NCBI GenBank assembly: GCA_963677105.1 | Contig: OY781871.1 | Location: forward strand, 690,001-722,000 | Length of the DNA: 32,000 bases | Direction: 5' to 3' | DNA from: Candidatus Saccharimonadota bacterium | GTDB taxonomy: Bacteria; Patescibacteriota; Gracilibacteria; UBA4473 | Shown: positions 25,250 through 32,000 of the stretch, in pieces | Position numbering within the stretch: position 1 is the stretch's first letter | Layout of the letters: each line of letters starts with the position of its first letter | Program-made: the position numbers and the translations under genes | Notes under the pieces: model-generated | The model's input: the letters and a program-made list of their open reading frames with translations, nothing else | What the model was told of the DNA's origin: nothing | The model's database searches: none

Positions 25250-25800
25250 AAACTCCGTCCAGAGTATCTCTACGAGAATGCAGTATTAAGTGCAACTGAG
25301 AGGACTGAACGGAGTAAGGGGAAACCACCCCCGAACTCTGCCTTGCTGAGGAAATTTTTAAAGACCGCGTTTCCACTCGGTATCCATGATGTAGGAAATA
25401 ACGTTGAAAAGAAATCAAAGAAGTTATAGGCTACGGATAGTAAAAAAAGAAAGAAGAATTTCTAAAGACGAGGTCTTTGGAAATTTTTCAAAATACCACG
25501 AACCGGCTATTGAGAGGCGGCTTCGAGATGGGTCGGAGTCGTCTAAGGATAGTCGAATCGTAATATCTGCCTCTACGCGGTTTCGCGGTGCATCTAAACT
25601 AAGAGGTTAGGCTTAGGAGACGACATCGCAAAGCGGAGAGAACCAAGGAATCAAAAAAGGGTTACTTGAGAATTAATTACTTAATTCTCTCCGGAACTTG
25701 AAGTGTGAAAGATCTGAGAAGGAGGAACACCGGGTAGGAACGTTTCAAAAATAATTGCCCGCTACCCGAATGTTCAGGACATGATATTCACGGAGAGTAA
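25250..25800 (+). ncRNA. Unclassified structured-RNA candidate (one roughly 550-nt RNA, or two RNAs split near 25490)
   Basis: No credible ORF. Hand-counted GC is 55% for 25501-25560 against 27% for 25861-25920. Many complementary segments: 25252-60/25302-15; GGGG 25318-21/CCCC 25328-31; a 13-bp hairpin at 25457-85; 25538-44/25618-24; 25569-74/25602-07; 25635-42/25685-92; 25668-76/25681-89; 25731-37/25762-68; and end-closing 25253-58/25790-95. G-U pairs (T63-G79, G69-T607) fit only the + strand. The boundaries are approximate. Confidence 0.35.
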
Positions 25801-25889
25801 ATTTGTCAAAAAACTCATATTGATCCAAGAAACAAAACATTTTAAAGTATAAAAAATGTATACAAAGAAGGGCCATTTAAAGGGACTTT

Positions 25890-25932
25890 TGTCAAAGTAC
25901 AAATAACAAATTTTAAATAACAAAATTAGAAT
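25890..25932 (+). repeat. Heptamer array x5 plus ATTAGAAT tail
   Basis: Units are tgtcaaa gtacaaa taacaaa ttttaaa taacaaa, then attagaat. Confidence 0.8.
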
Positions 25933-25967
25933 GTTCGTCTTTTAAATGAGGGGAATATTGTAAAAAT

Positions 25968-25995
25968 TTGACGTGATAAGGGAATTTCTTACAAT
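25968..25995 (+). promoter_or_regulatory. Sigma70-type promoter for tRNA-Glu
   Basis: TTGACG (25968-25973), 16-nt spacer, TACAAT (25990-25995). The tRNA starts at 26012. Confidence 0.6.
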
Positions 25996-26011
25996 CATTT
26001 CGTTCTTATTT

Positions 26012-26086
26012 GGCGCCATCGTCTAGTGGTTAGGACTCAGGATTCTCATTCCTGCAACGGGGGTTCGATTCCCCCTGGCGCTACCA
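26012..26086 (+). tRNA. tRNA-Glu (anticodon CUC), CCA encoded
   Basis: Hand-folded cloverleaf. Acceptor GGCGCCA/TGGCGCT, D-arm GTCT-AGTGGTTA-GGAC, anticodon arm CAGGA-TTCTCAT-TCCTG, 4-nt variable loop, T-arm GGGGG-TTCGATT-CCCCC, discriminator A, then CCA. Confidence 0.93.
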
Positions 26087-26207
26087 CGTCAGAATAAGCT
26101 TTGCTTGTTCCGTTTTTTGTTTCACAAAAAAGCTTCACTGCAGCGCTATTCCTCATTTTCCTCGCAAAACATCTTTTATCTTGTCTTTTAGAAATTTTAT
26201 TCAGAGA

Positions 26208-26230
26208 AATGTAGTTTGTAATTTGTTTTT
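26208..26230 (-). repeat. Heptamer array in reverse orientation
   Basis: The plus strand reads aatgtag tttgtaa tttgttt. The reverse complement reads aaacaaa ttacaaa ctacatt. Confidence 0.55.
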
Positions 26231-26405
26231 TAATATTTTACTCGAAGAGTATCCCGCTTATATCGAAAAAAAAGTTGCTTTTTATGAACAATTTGAGATA
26301 GGATTCTTTTCGAATTGTCGCTTACAGGAATTTCTCGGGTGTGTGAAGGCTCTCTAGAAACAGTGAGTCTGCGTCATTCATCCATTAATTCTTAATTTAA
26401 AAAAA

Positions 26406-26681
26406 ATGGAAAACGGTAAAAAATTGTTCATTGGAAATCTTCCATACAGTGTAACAAGTGATGATTTGGAAGCAGCTTTTGCAGAGGCAGGAACAGTTAC
26501 TTCTGCACAAATTGTTACAGATCGAGAAACAGGACGTCCTCGTGGATTTGGTTTTGTTGAAATGGAATCAGATGAAATGGCTCAAGCAGCAATTGAAATG
26601 TGGAACGAAAAAGAACTAAAAGGACGAACAATATTTGTGAATGTTGCTCGACCTAAAAATGACGCACCACGTCGTTACTAA
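26406..26681 (+). CDS. RRM-type RNA-binding protein
   Basis: 91 aa. RNP2 KLFIGNL and RNP1 RGFGFVEM. Confidence 0.92.
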   Translation: MENGKKLFIGNLPYSVTSDDLEAAFAEAGTVTSAQIVTDRETGRPRGFGFVEMESDEMAQAAIEMWNEKELKGRTIFVNVARPKNDAPRRY

Positions 26682-26703
26682 ATTTTATTTTTTAAAAATC
26701 CTG

Positions 26704-26735
26704 AAAACATCTCGCATTGCGGGATGTTTTTTATT
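26704..26735 (+). terminator. Intrinsic terminator
   Basis: AAACATCTCGC (26705-26715) pairs with GCGGGATGTTT (26719-26729) including one G-U pair, followed by a T-run. Confidence 0.8.
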
Positions 26736-26759
26736 TAGAGGTCTTTTTTTAGCAGGTAA

Positions 26760-26787
26760 TTGACAATTTTAAAAAATTCTCTATAAA
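26760..26787 (+). promoter_or_regulatory. Sigma70-type promoter for typA
   Basis: TTGACA (26760-26765), 16-nt spacer, TATAAA (26782-26787). Confidence 0.6.
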
Positions 26788-26812
26788 ATGAAGGATTATT
26801 TTTCTTTATAAT

Positions 26813-28606
26813 ATGGAAATTCGAAACATTGCAATTATTGCCCATGTGGATCACGGGAAAACAACATTAATGGACGCACTTTTGAAAGAAGGTGGAGCAT
26901 TTACAGAACACGAAGAAGTGGCGACCTGTGTGATGGATTCGAATGATCAAGAGCGAGAACGTGGAATTACTATTTACGCAAAAAATGCGGCGATTGAATA
27001 TAAAGGAACAAAAATTAATTTAGTTGATACGCCAGGTCATGCTGATTTTGGTTCAGAAGTAGAACGAGTTTTGAAAACGGTAGATGTAACAGTTCTTGTT
27101 GTAGATGCGTACGAAGGTCCGATGCCACAAACGAAATTTGTTTTGAAAAAATCTCTCGAACAAGGAAAAAAAGTTCTCGTTGTTATAAACAAAATTGATA
27201 AACCAGCAGCGCGTCCAGAATGGGTTGTTGATCAAGTTTTTGATTTATTTGTAAAACTTGGTGCAACAGATGAGCAATTAGATTTTCCGTATTTATACAC
27301 GGTTGCTCGTGATGGAGTTGCGGTAAAAAATTTAGACGACGAACAGAAAGATATTACGCCGTTGTTAGACTTTTTCCTTGAGCATGTTCCAGAAGCAGAA
27401 CAAAACATAAATGCACCATTTCGTATGCAACCAGCAACGCTTGCGTATGATAATTTTCTCGGACGAATTGCTGTAGGAAGAGTTCATGAAGGAACAATGA
27501 AAGTGAATCAACAAGTTTCAATTTTAACTCCAGAGGGACAACGTCGGTCTGGAAAGATTTCAAAATTATTTACATTTCAAGGTCTTAAAAGAATTGAAGT
27601 TTCACAAGTTTCCGCTGGAGATATCGTTGCTATTGCGGGAATTTCAGATATTTTCGTGGGAGAAACAATTGCTTCTTCAGCGGACGTAGAACCACTTTCA
27701 GCGATTAACGTAGATCCGCCATCATTGGCAATGTATTTTCTTGTAAACAATTCCCCATTTGCTGGACGTGAAGGGAAATTTGTAACGAGTCGTCAGATTC
27801 GAGATCGCTTAGAAAAAGAATTGGAAACAAATGTTGGATTGCATATTGAGTTTGGAGAAAATTCAGATCAAATGAAGGTTCTTGGTCGTGGAGAAATGCA
27901 CTTAGCGGTTTTGATCGAAACAATGCGTCGAGAAGGATTTGAGCTTCAAGTTTCACAACCAGAAGTAGTTTTACGTGAAATTGACGGAGTGGTTCATGAG
28001 CCAATTGAAAACGTAGTTGTAAATGTTCCAGAAGAAATTTCAGGAAAAATTGTAGAACTTCTGTCTCGTCGAAAAGGAGAAATGGTAAATATGGTGACAG
28101 AAAATGGAACCACGACATTAGAATTTACAATTCCTGCACGAGGACTATTAGGAGTTCGTTCAAACTTCATTATTCTCACAAAAGGAGAAGGAACAATGTT
28201 TAGTTCATTTTCACATATGGGACCACATGTTGGACCAATTGAAAAACGACAAGTTGGTTCTTTGATTTCTGGAGAAACGGGAGAAACGACAGCGTATTCT
28301 TTATGGAAATTGCAAGAACGTGGACCAATTTTTATTGATCCAGCCGTAAAAATTTATGAAGGAATGATTATTGGAGAGCACAATCAAGGTTCTGATTTAA
28401 CGGTAAATCCGATTAAAGGAAAACAGCTCACAAATGTTCGTTCTTCTGGAGCAGATGATGCGATTAATCTTGTTCCGCCAATTCCGGTTACTCTCGAAAA
28501 AGCACTTGAATATATTAAAGAAGATGAATATGTGGAGGTTACTCCGTTGAATATTCGTTTACGAAAAAAATTCTTGTCTGAATTAGAACGCAAGAGGAAT
28601 CGATAG
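26813..28606 (+). CDS. typA: Translational GTPase TypA/BipA
   Basis: 597 aa. IAIIAHVDHGKTTL, DTPGHADF, NKID, and a BipA-type C-terminal domain. Confidence 0.95.
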   Translation: MEIRNIAIIAHVDHGKTTLMDALLKEGGAFTEHEEVATCVMDSNDQERERGITIYAKNAAIEYKGTKINLVDTPGHADFGSEVERVLKTVDVTVLVVDAYEGPMPQTKFVLKKSLEQGKKVLVVINKIDKPAARPEWVVDQVFDLFVKLGATDEQLDFPYLYTVARDGVAVKNLDDEQKDITPLLDFFLEHVPEAEQNINAPFRMQPATLAYDNFLGRIAVGRVHEGTMKVNQQVSILTPEGQRRSGKISKLFTFQGLKRIEVSQVSAGDIVAIAGISDIFVGETIASSADVEPLSAINVDPPSLAMYFLVNNSPFAGREGKFVTSRQIRDRLEKELETNVGLHIEFGENSDQMKVLGRGEMHLAVLIETMRREGFELQVSQPEVVLREIDGVVHEPIENVVVNVPEEISGKIVELLSRRKGEMVNMVTENGTTTLEFTIPARGLLGVRSNFIILTKGEGTMFSSFSHMGPHVGPIEKRQVGSLISGETGETTAYSLWKLQERGPIFIDPAVKIYEGMIIGEHNQGSDLTVNPIKGKQLTNVRSSGADDAINLVPPIPVTLEKALEYIKEDEYVEVTPLNIRLRKKFLSELERKRNR

Positions 28607-28658
28607 AGTTTTTTATAAAAAGGAAATTTCTAAATTACTACTTTCCGCTACACTACGC

Positions 28659-29984
28659 GTGATGGATTTTACTTTTTCTCCCGAAGCAGAACGCGCTATT
28701 GCATTAGTCGCAAATCAGAATAAAAACGTTTTCATAACTGGAAAAGCAGGAACCGGAAAATCTACGTTGCTCGAACACATGCGAATGACGGCAGATAAAA
28801 AAATGATTGTTCTCGCTCCGACAGGAGTGGCAGCAATTAATGTTCGAGGGGAAACAATTCATTCTTTTTTCAAACTCAAACCCGGATTTGAGCTCGATGA
28901 AGCAACGAATATGCGAATCGATGATAAGAAACGAAAAATGTATGGCAGCATTAAAACAATTTTAATCGACGAAATTTCAATGGTTCGCGCGGATTTGTTA
29001 GATGCAATTGATGTGTTTTTGCGACGAGCACGAATGAGTGAAGAACCGTTTGGAGGAGTTCAAATGATTTTTTTTGGAGACTTGTTTCAGCTGCCACCAG
29101 TGGTTACAAATGCCGACAAACAGCGGTTTTATTCAGAATATGAATCGCCGTACTTTTTTTCTGCACGAGTATTTCAAGCCAGAAATTTGTTTGCTGAACC
29201 ATTTCGAATCGAACGGATTGAGTTGAACGATATATATCGTCAAACGGATGAAACATTTATTAATATTCTTAATGCTGTTCGAGATAATTCTGTAACAGAG
29301 GAAGACTTAGAAATTCTCAATGCTCGAGTTGATGAAGATTTTCTTCCTACAGAAGATGGATCATGTATTCATTTGATGACAACGAATGCAAATGCGCATC
29401 AAATTAACATGATGAAATTGGAGCAAATATCGAAGCCTGAAATGGAATTCATTGCAACAGCAAAAGGAAAATTAACGAAAAGTTTACATCCGAATGACCC
29501 GATGATTACGGTGAAAGTTGGAGCACAAGTAATGTTTATTAATAATGATTCAAAACGTCGATGGGTAAATGGAACATTGGGCGTTGTTCGCAGTTGTGTC
29601 GATCGATACAACGAAGAAACGGACGAAATGGAAACGATATTAATGGTTCGGATTAATAATGGAGAACTCGTTGAAGTAACAAAGCATACATGGGATATTT
29701 CAAAATATAAATTTCAGAATGGCGCGTTTGTTCGTGAAGAAATTGGCTCATTTAGCCAAATGCCATTAAAGCTTGCATGGGCAATTACTATTCATAAAAG
29801 CCAGGGAAAATCTTTTGATAATGTTGTTATCGATCTTGGTTGGGGAAGTTTTGCTCACGGACAAACATATGTTGCACTTAGTCGATGTACAAGCTTAGAA
29901 GGATTAGTCTTAAAGAAACCACTCAAGCCATCAGACGTAATTGTAGATGAGTGCGTTCGAAAATTTGCAAACGGAGAAGGGTGA
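28659..29984 (+). CDS. Pif1/RecD-like superfamily-1 DNA helicase
   Basis: Walker A GKAGTGKST, APTGVAAINVRGETIHSFF, DEISMV, FFGDLFQLPPV and C-terminal TIHKSQGKSFD...YVALSRC. The start is GTG at 28659 or ATG at 28662. No terminator separates it from typA. Confidence 0.85.
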   Translation: MMDFTFSPEAERAIALVANQNKNVFITGKAGTGKSTLLEHMRMTADKKMIVLAPTGVAAINVRGETIHSFFKLKPGFELDEATNMRIDDKKRKMYGSIKTILIDEISMVRADLLDAIDVFLRRARMSEEPFGGVQMIFFGDLFQLPPVVTNADKQRFYSEYESPYFFSARVFQARNLFAEPFRIERIELNDIYRQTDETFINILNAVRDNSVTEEDLEILNARVDEDFLPTEDGSCIHLMTTNANAHQINMMKLEQISKPEMEFIATAKGKLTKSLHPNDPMITVKVGAQVMFINNDSKRRWVNGTLGVVRSCVDRYNEETDEMETILMVRINNGELVEVTKHTWDISKYKFQNGAFVREEIGSFSQMPLKLAWAITIHKSQGKSFDNVVIDLGWGSFAHGQTYVALSRCTSLEGLVLKKPLKPSDVIVDECVRKFANGEG

Positions 29985-29986
29985 AT

Positions 29987-30050
29987 TTTCAATGTACAAA
30001 GTGCAAATAACAGATAATTAATTTTGTCTTTGTGCTTTGAAGTTTGATAT
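29987..30050. repeat. Inverted pair of heptamer arrays (hairpin-capable)
   Basis: The forward arm is tttcaat gtacaaa gtgcaaa taacaga (29987-30014) and the reverse arm is tttgtct ttgtgct ttgaagt ttgatat (30023-30050). 29997-30007 can pair with 30029-30039 (11 bp including 2 G-U). It starts 3 nt after the TGA stop. Confidence 0.7.
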
Positions 30051-30081
30051 TTAGAGTGAAGCGAATTTACAAATTATGTGT

Positions 30082-30110
30082 TTGATTTTTTATTAACGTT
30101 ATGTTAAAAT
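30082..30110 (+). promoter_or_regulatory. Sigma70-type promoter (extended -10)
   Basis: TTGATT (30082-30087), 17-nt spacer, TGtTAAAAT (30102-30110). The ATG is at 30133. Confidence 0.55.
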
Positions 30111-30132
30111 GCCCTGAAATATAAAAATTTCA

Positions 30133-31341
30133 ATGAAAAAAACAACACTGATTATCCGGCAAATTTGGAGCGCAATAGTTTTAACTTCATTAGTATTAGG
30201 AATAGTGCCAACTGTTCAAGCACAGAATACATCATATTTGAACTTTCAGGGACGACTCTTGATGAGTGCTACAACTCCCGCAGCAAATTATACTTTTAAT
30301 CTTCGATTATCTATTTGGGATGATGAAGATTATGTTGCAGCTACAGATAAAAATGGAGCAGGAGCTTTAGTTGGTGCGGCTTGGCAAGAAGTTCAAACTT
30401 TGACGACAGATGCGCAAGGATTCTTCATTGCGAAAGTAGGAAGTGAAACAGCATTGCCTGAATTCGATCCTGCAGTTCACAGATATCTTCAAGCAGATGT
30501 AAAAGCAACAACAGCTGAAAACACAAATTATATTATTCTGGATAATATGATGGCGAATGATGCAGTTGATCGTAAATCAATACTTGATAGCGCATATGCA
30601 CAAAACTCATTATTATTGAACGGACATGATACGGGGACAGACGCTGGAGATATTCCGTTTTTAAATGAAAATGGACAATTAGATCGAGCACTTCTTGATG
30701 CTGGAACATGGTTAGATCCAGTTGCAGATGTTGCTGCACGAGATGCAATTACAGGAATGGTTGATGGATCAGTTGTGTATATTGAGTCAGAAAATAGTTT
30801 ATATGTATACAAAGACAATGCTTGGGCAAAAATGGGATATAATCTTACGTATGATTCAGTAAATGATGAATACGATTTTGGTGGAAGTAAACTTTCAAAT
30901 ATTGCTGGACCAGAAGATGCAGATGACGCTGCAACAAAAGATTATGTAGATACTCTTTTCGCAGAGGCCGCAGAAGCAGGAGGAAAATACATTGGAGTTA
31001 CAACGATAGATAATTTTACGGGAGCTATTGCCGGAGGATATGTTGGAGGAGACACAGCTTGTAGGGTAGATTACCCAGGAAGTCATGTTTGTCGAACAGA
31101 TGAAATTTTGGCAGCTATTAGTACAAAAGATATTAGTACGCTCTTTACGTATACAGATCTTGCAGGAGCATGGATATTAGAGGGAGCTCCAGGATATACC
31201 GCACCAGCAAATGACTGTAATGGTTTGACTGATGGAACAGCGAACTATTTAGGAGCATTTTGGCAATTTAATAATACGACAGGAGGATCTGGACAATTAT
31301 CAATTTGTTCACAACAAAAACCCTTAGCGTGTTGTAAATAA
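30133..31341 (+). CDS. Secreted tail-fibre-like protein with a Cys-rich C-terminal domain
   Basis: Signal peptide (LVLGIVPTVQA/QNT). The N-terminal YLNFQGRL...W.EVQ pattern and the LSNIAGPEDADDAATKDYVD motif recall phage tail-fibre or adhesin proteins (from memory). Six Cys in the last roughly 100 aa, ending ACCK. Confidence 0.7.
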   Translation: MKKTTLIIRQIWSAIVLTSLVLGIVPTVQAQNTSYLNFQGRLLMSATTPAANYTFNLRLSIWDDEDYVAATDKNGAGALVGAAWQEVQTLTTDAQGFFIAKVGSETALPEFDPAVHRYLQADVKATTAENTNYIILDNMMANDAVDRKSILDSAYAQNSLLLNGHDTGTDAGDIPFLNENGQLDRALLDAGTWLDPVADVAARDAITGMVDGSVVYIESENSLYVYKDNAWAKMGYNLTYDSVNDEYDFGGSKLSNIAGPEDADDAATKDYVDTLFAEAAEAGGKYIGVTTIDNFTGAIAGGYVGGDTACRVDYPGSHVCRTDEILAAISTKDISTLFTYTDLAGAWILEGAPGYTAPANDCNGLTDGTANYLGAFWQFNNTTGGSGQLSICSQQKPLACCK

Positions 31342-31371
31342 CAAACATCAAAATAAAAAATATACGATAAA

Positions 31372-32000
31372 ATGAAAAAATATATTTATTCGGCACTGGC
31401 AATTCTCATCGGAATAACCTCGGTTCATGCTGCAGATTACACACAATGGGTAGATGATCCAGCAGATTGTACTGTTGTGTATAACTCAGTGAACTGTGGT
31501 GCTGACTATGTATGTGGAGTTGAGACAACAAATAACTTTCCGTACTGTGCAAGTCTTGAAGATTTGACTGCCCCAACTTTTCCAACTTCATCCAATAGTG
31601 TTTATGGTTCAGGATTGGGAGCGGGTTACGTTCTTAATTGTACAGCAGATGTAACAAATGGAAATGCTAATCCAGCAAATCCATATTGTTCTAACGGAGG
31701 AAATTATTATTGTAACCGTTCATCTCTTTGTAATGGATATTATCGAGATACTGTTTGTTTAGCGAATAACTTTTCTGCATCAGGAGCAGGAGCATTTACT
31801 TGTTCAGAATCATGTCAATCAGGACGATTAGATTGTACAGGAGATGCAACAGAGGGAAGTTGTAGTGTACGAAAAAATATTACCAGTTATCCAACAGGAA
31901 GTAATAATCATTACGGAACAACGTGTGATGCAGCTCAAGTATCATGTAATTCAGGATACTTGGATTGTGATGCTTCAGGGACAGGAGCAACTTCTGGAAC
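31372..32000 (+). CDS. Secreted Cys-rich protein (partial; runs off window end)
   Basis: My own translation gives MKKYIYSALAILIGITSVHA/ADYTQWVDDPADCTVVYNSVNCGADYVCG...SCQSGRLDCTGDATEGSC...SCNSGYLDCDASGTG. It is open to the window end, has a signal peptide and contains more than 20 Cys. It is absent from the ORF track because there is no stop in the window. Confidence 0.7.
   Translation, partial: MKKYIYSALAILIGITSVHAADYTQWVDDPADCTVVYNSVNCGADYVCGVETTNNFPYCASLEDLTAPTFPTSSNSVYGSGLGAGYVLNCTADVTNGNANPANPYCSNGGNYYCNRSSLCNGYYRDTVCLANNFSASGAGAFTCSESCQSGRLDCTGDATEGSCSVRKNITSYPTGSNNHYGTTCDAAQVSCNSGYLDCDASGTGATSG

Noticed and set aside
25140-25610. ORFs 25140..25418 (-) and 25404..25610 (+) inside the non-coding island
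   Set aside because: They have no start context, odd Arg/Ser-rich composition, overlap the terminator and helices, and run across a heptamer array. The region is better explained as structured RNA.
25721-25733. A 13-nt match (GGAGGAACACCGG) to the conserved 16S rRNA region around E. coli position 720
   Set aside because: The flanking sequence does not continue the 16S similarity in either direction. I treat it as a chance match, not an rRNA fragment.
25250-25800. Could the non-coding island be RNase P RNA, tmRNA or SRP RNA?
   Set aside because: No GAGGAAAGTCC-type P4 strand is present on either strand. The loose look-alikes are GAGGAAAtttttaAAGACCG at 25349, ACGAACCGGCTAT at 25497 and GTAAGGGGAAACC at 25314. 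They are in the wrong order and only about 150 nt apart. There is no T-arm GGTTCGA or alanine-acceptor end and no plausible tag ORF for tmRNA. There is no CC-GGAA-GG tetraloop or AGCAG motif for SRP. A covariance-model search is still needed to be sure.
26788-26811. A 7-codon uORF (MKDYFSL*) ending 1 nt before the typA ATG
   Set aside because: It may be translated if the promoter call is right, but there is no supporting signal and such short ORFs arise easily in AT-rich leaders. It cannot be supported from sequence alone.
1-32000. Alternative genetic code (UGA recoding, as in some CPR lineages)
   Set aside because: Long conserved genes (mutS, fusA, typA, rpoA) are intact under the standard code. 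TGA terminates well-defined genes (4998-5000, 10850-10852, 29982-29984), with coupled ATGA restarts.
1-32000. Mobile elements, prophage, CRISPR-Cas or known defence systems
   Set aside because: I recognised no transposase, integrase, recombinase, cas, restriction-modification or toxin-antitoxin-like ORFs. I found no long terminal inverted repeats.

Overview
This is an AT-rich bacterial chromosomal window that uses the standard genetic code (TGA is a stop at 5000, 10852 and 29984). Almost no gene has a Shine-Dalgarno sequence. That, plus a T4SS-pilin-like mini-protein, a DUF4012 protein and many small secreted hypotheticals, suggests a CPR/Patescibacteria-like reduced lineage; this is inference only. 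Gene content in order: (1) the distal ribosomal-protein/rpoA cluster on the minus strand, infA-rpmJ-rpsM-rpsK-rpsD-rpoA-rplQ-rplM; (2) a translationally coupled three-gene cell-wall operon of a PP-loop MurL-like protein, a 2-TM mini-protein and a MurD-type ligase; (3) mutS plus a zinc-ribbon mini-protein; (4) an O-antigen-ligase-like gene and a DUF4012 gene; (5) an accessory-looking stretch with a long leader, the only SD-bearing gene, and a 673-aa protein built from perfect 54-bp and 177-bp tandem repeats; (6) miaB, a secreted hypothetical, a phosphohexomutase, an EEP-family enzyme, stand-alone fusA, a pilin-like protein, a KhpB/Jag-like protein and a U32 peptidase; (7) a roughly 550-nt GC-enriched non-coding island with nested helices next to tRNA-Glu(CUC); (8) an RRM protein, typA, a Pif1-like helicase and two secreted proteins, one tail-fibre-like and one Cys-rich. 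The most unusual signal is a dispersed, strand-biased family of (NNNCAAA)n heptamer arrays at 14 or more loci. They abut stop codons, sit between stop codons and terminators, bracket the non-coding island, and lie in-frame inside two CDSs. I found no transposase, integrase, CRISPR array or recognisable defence genes.
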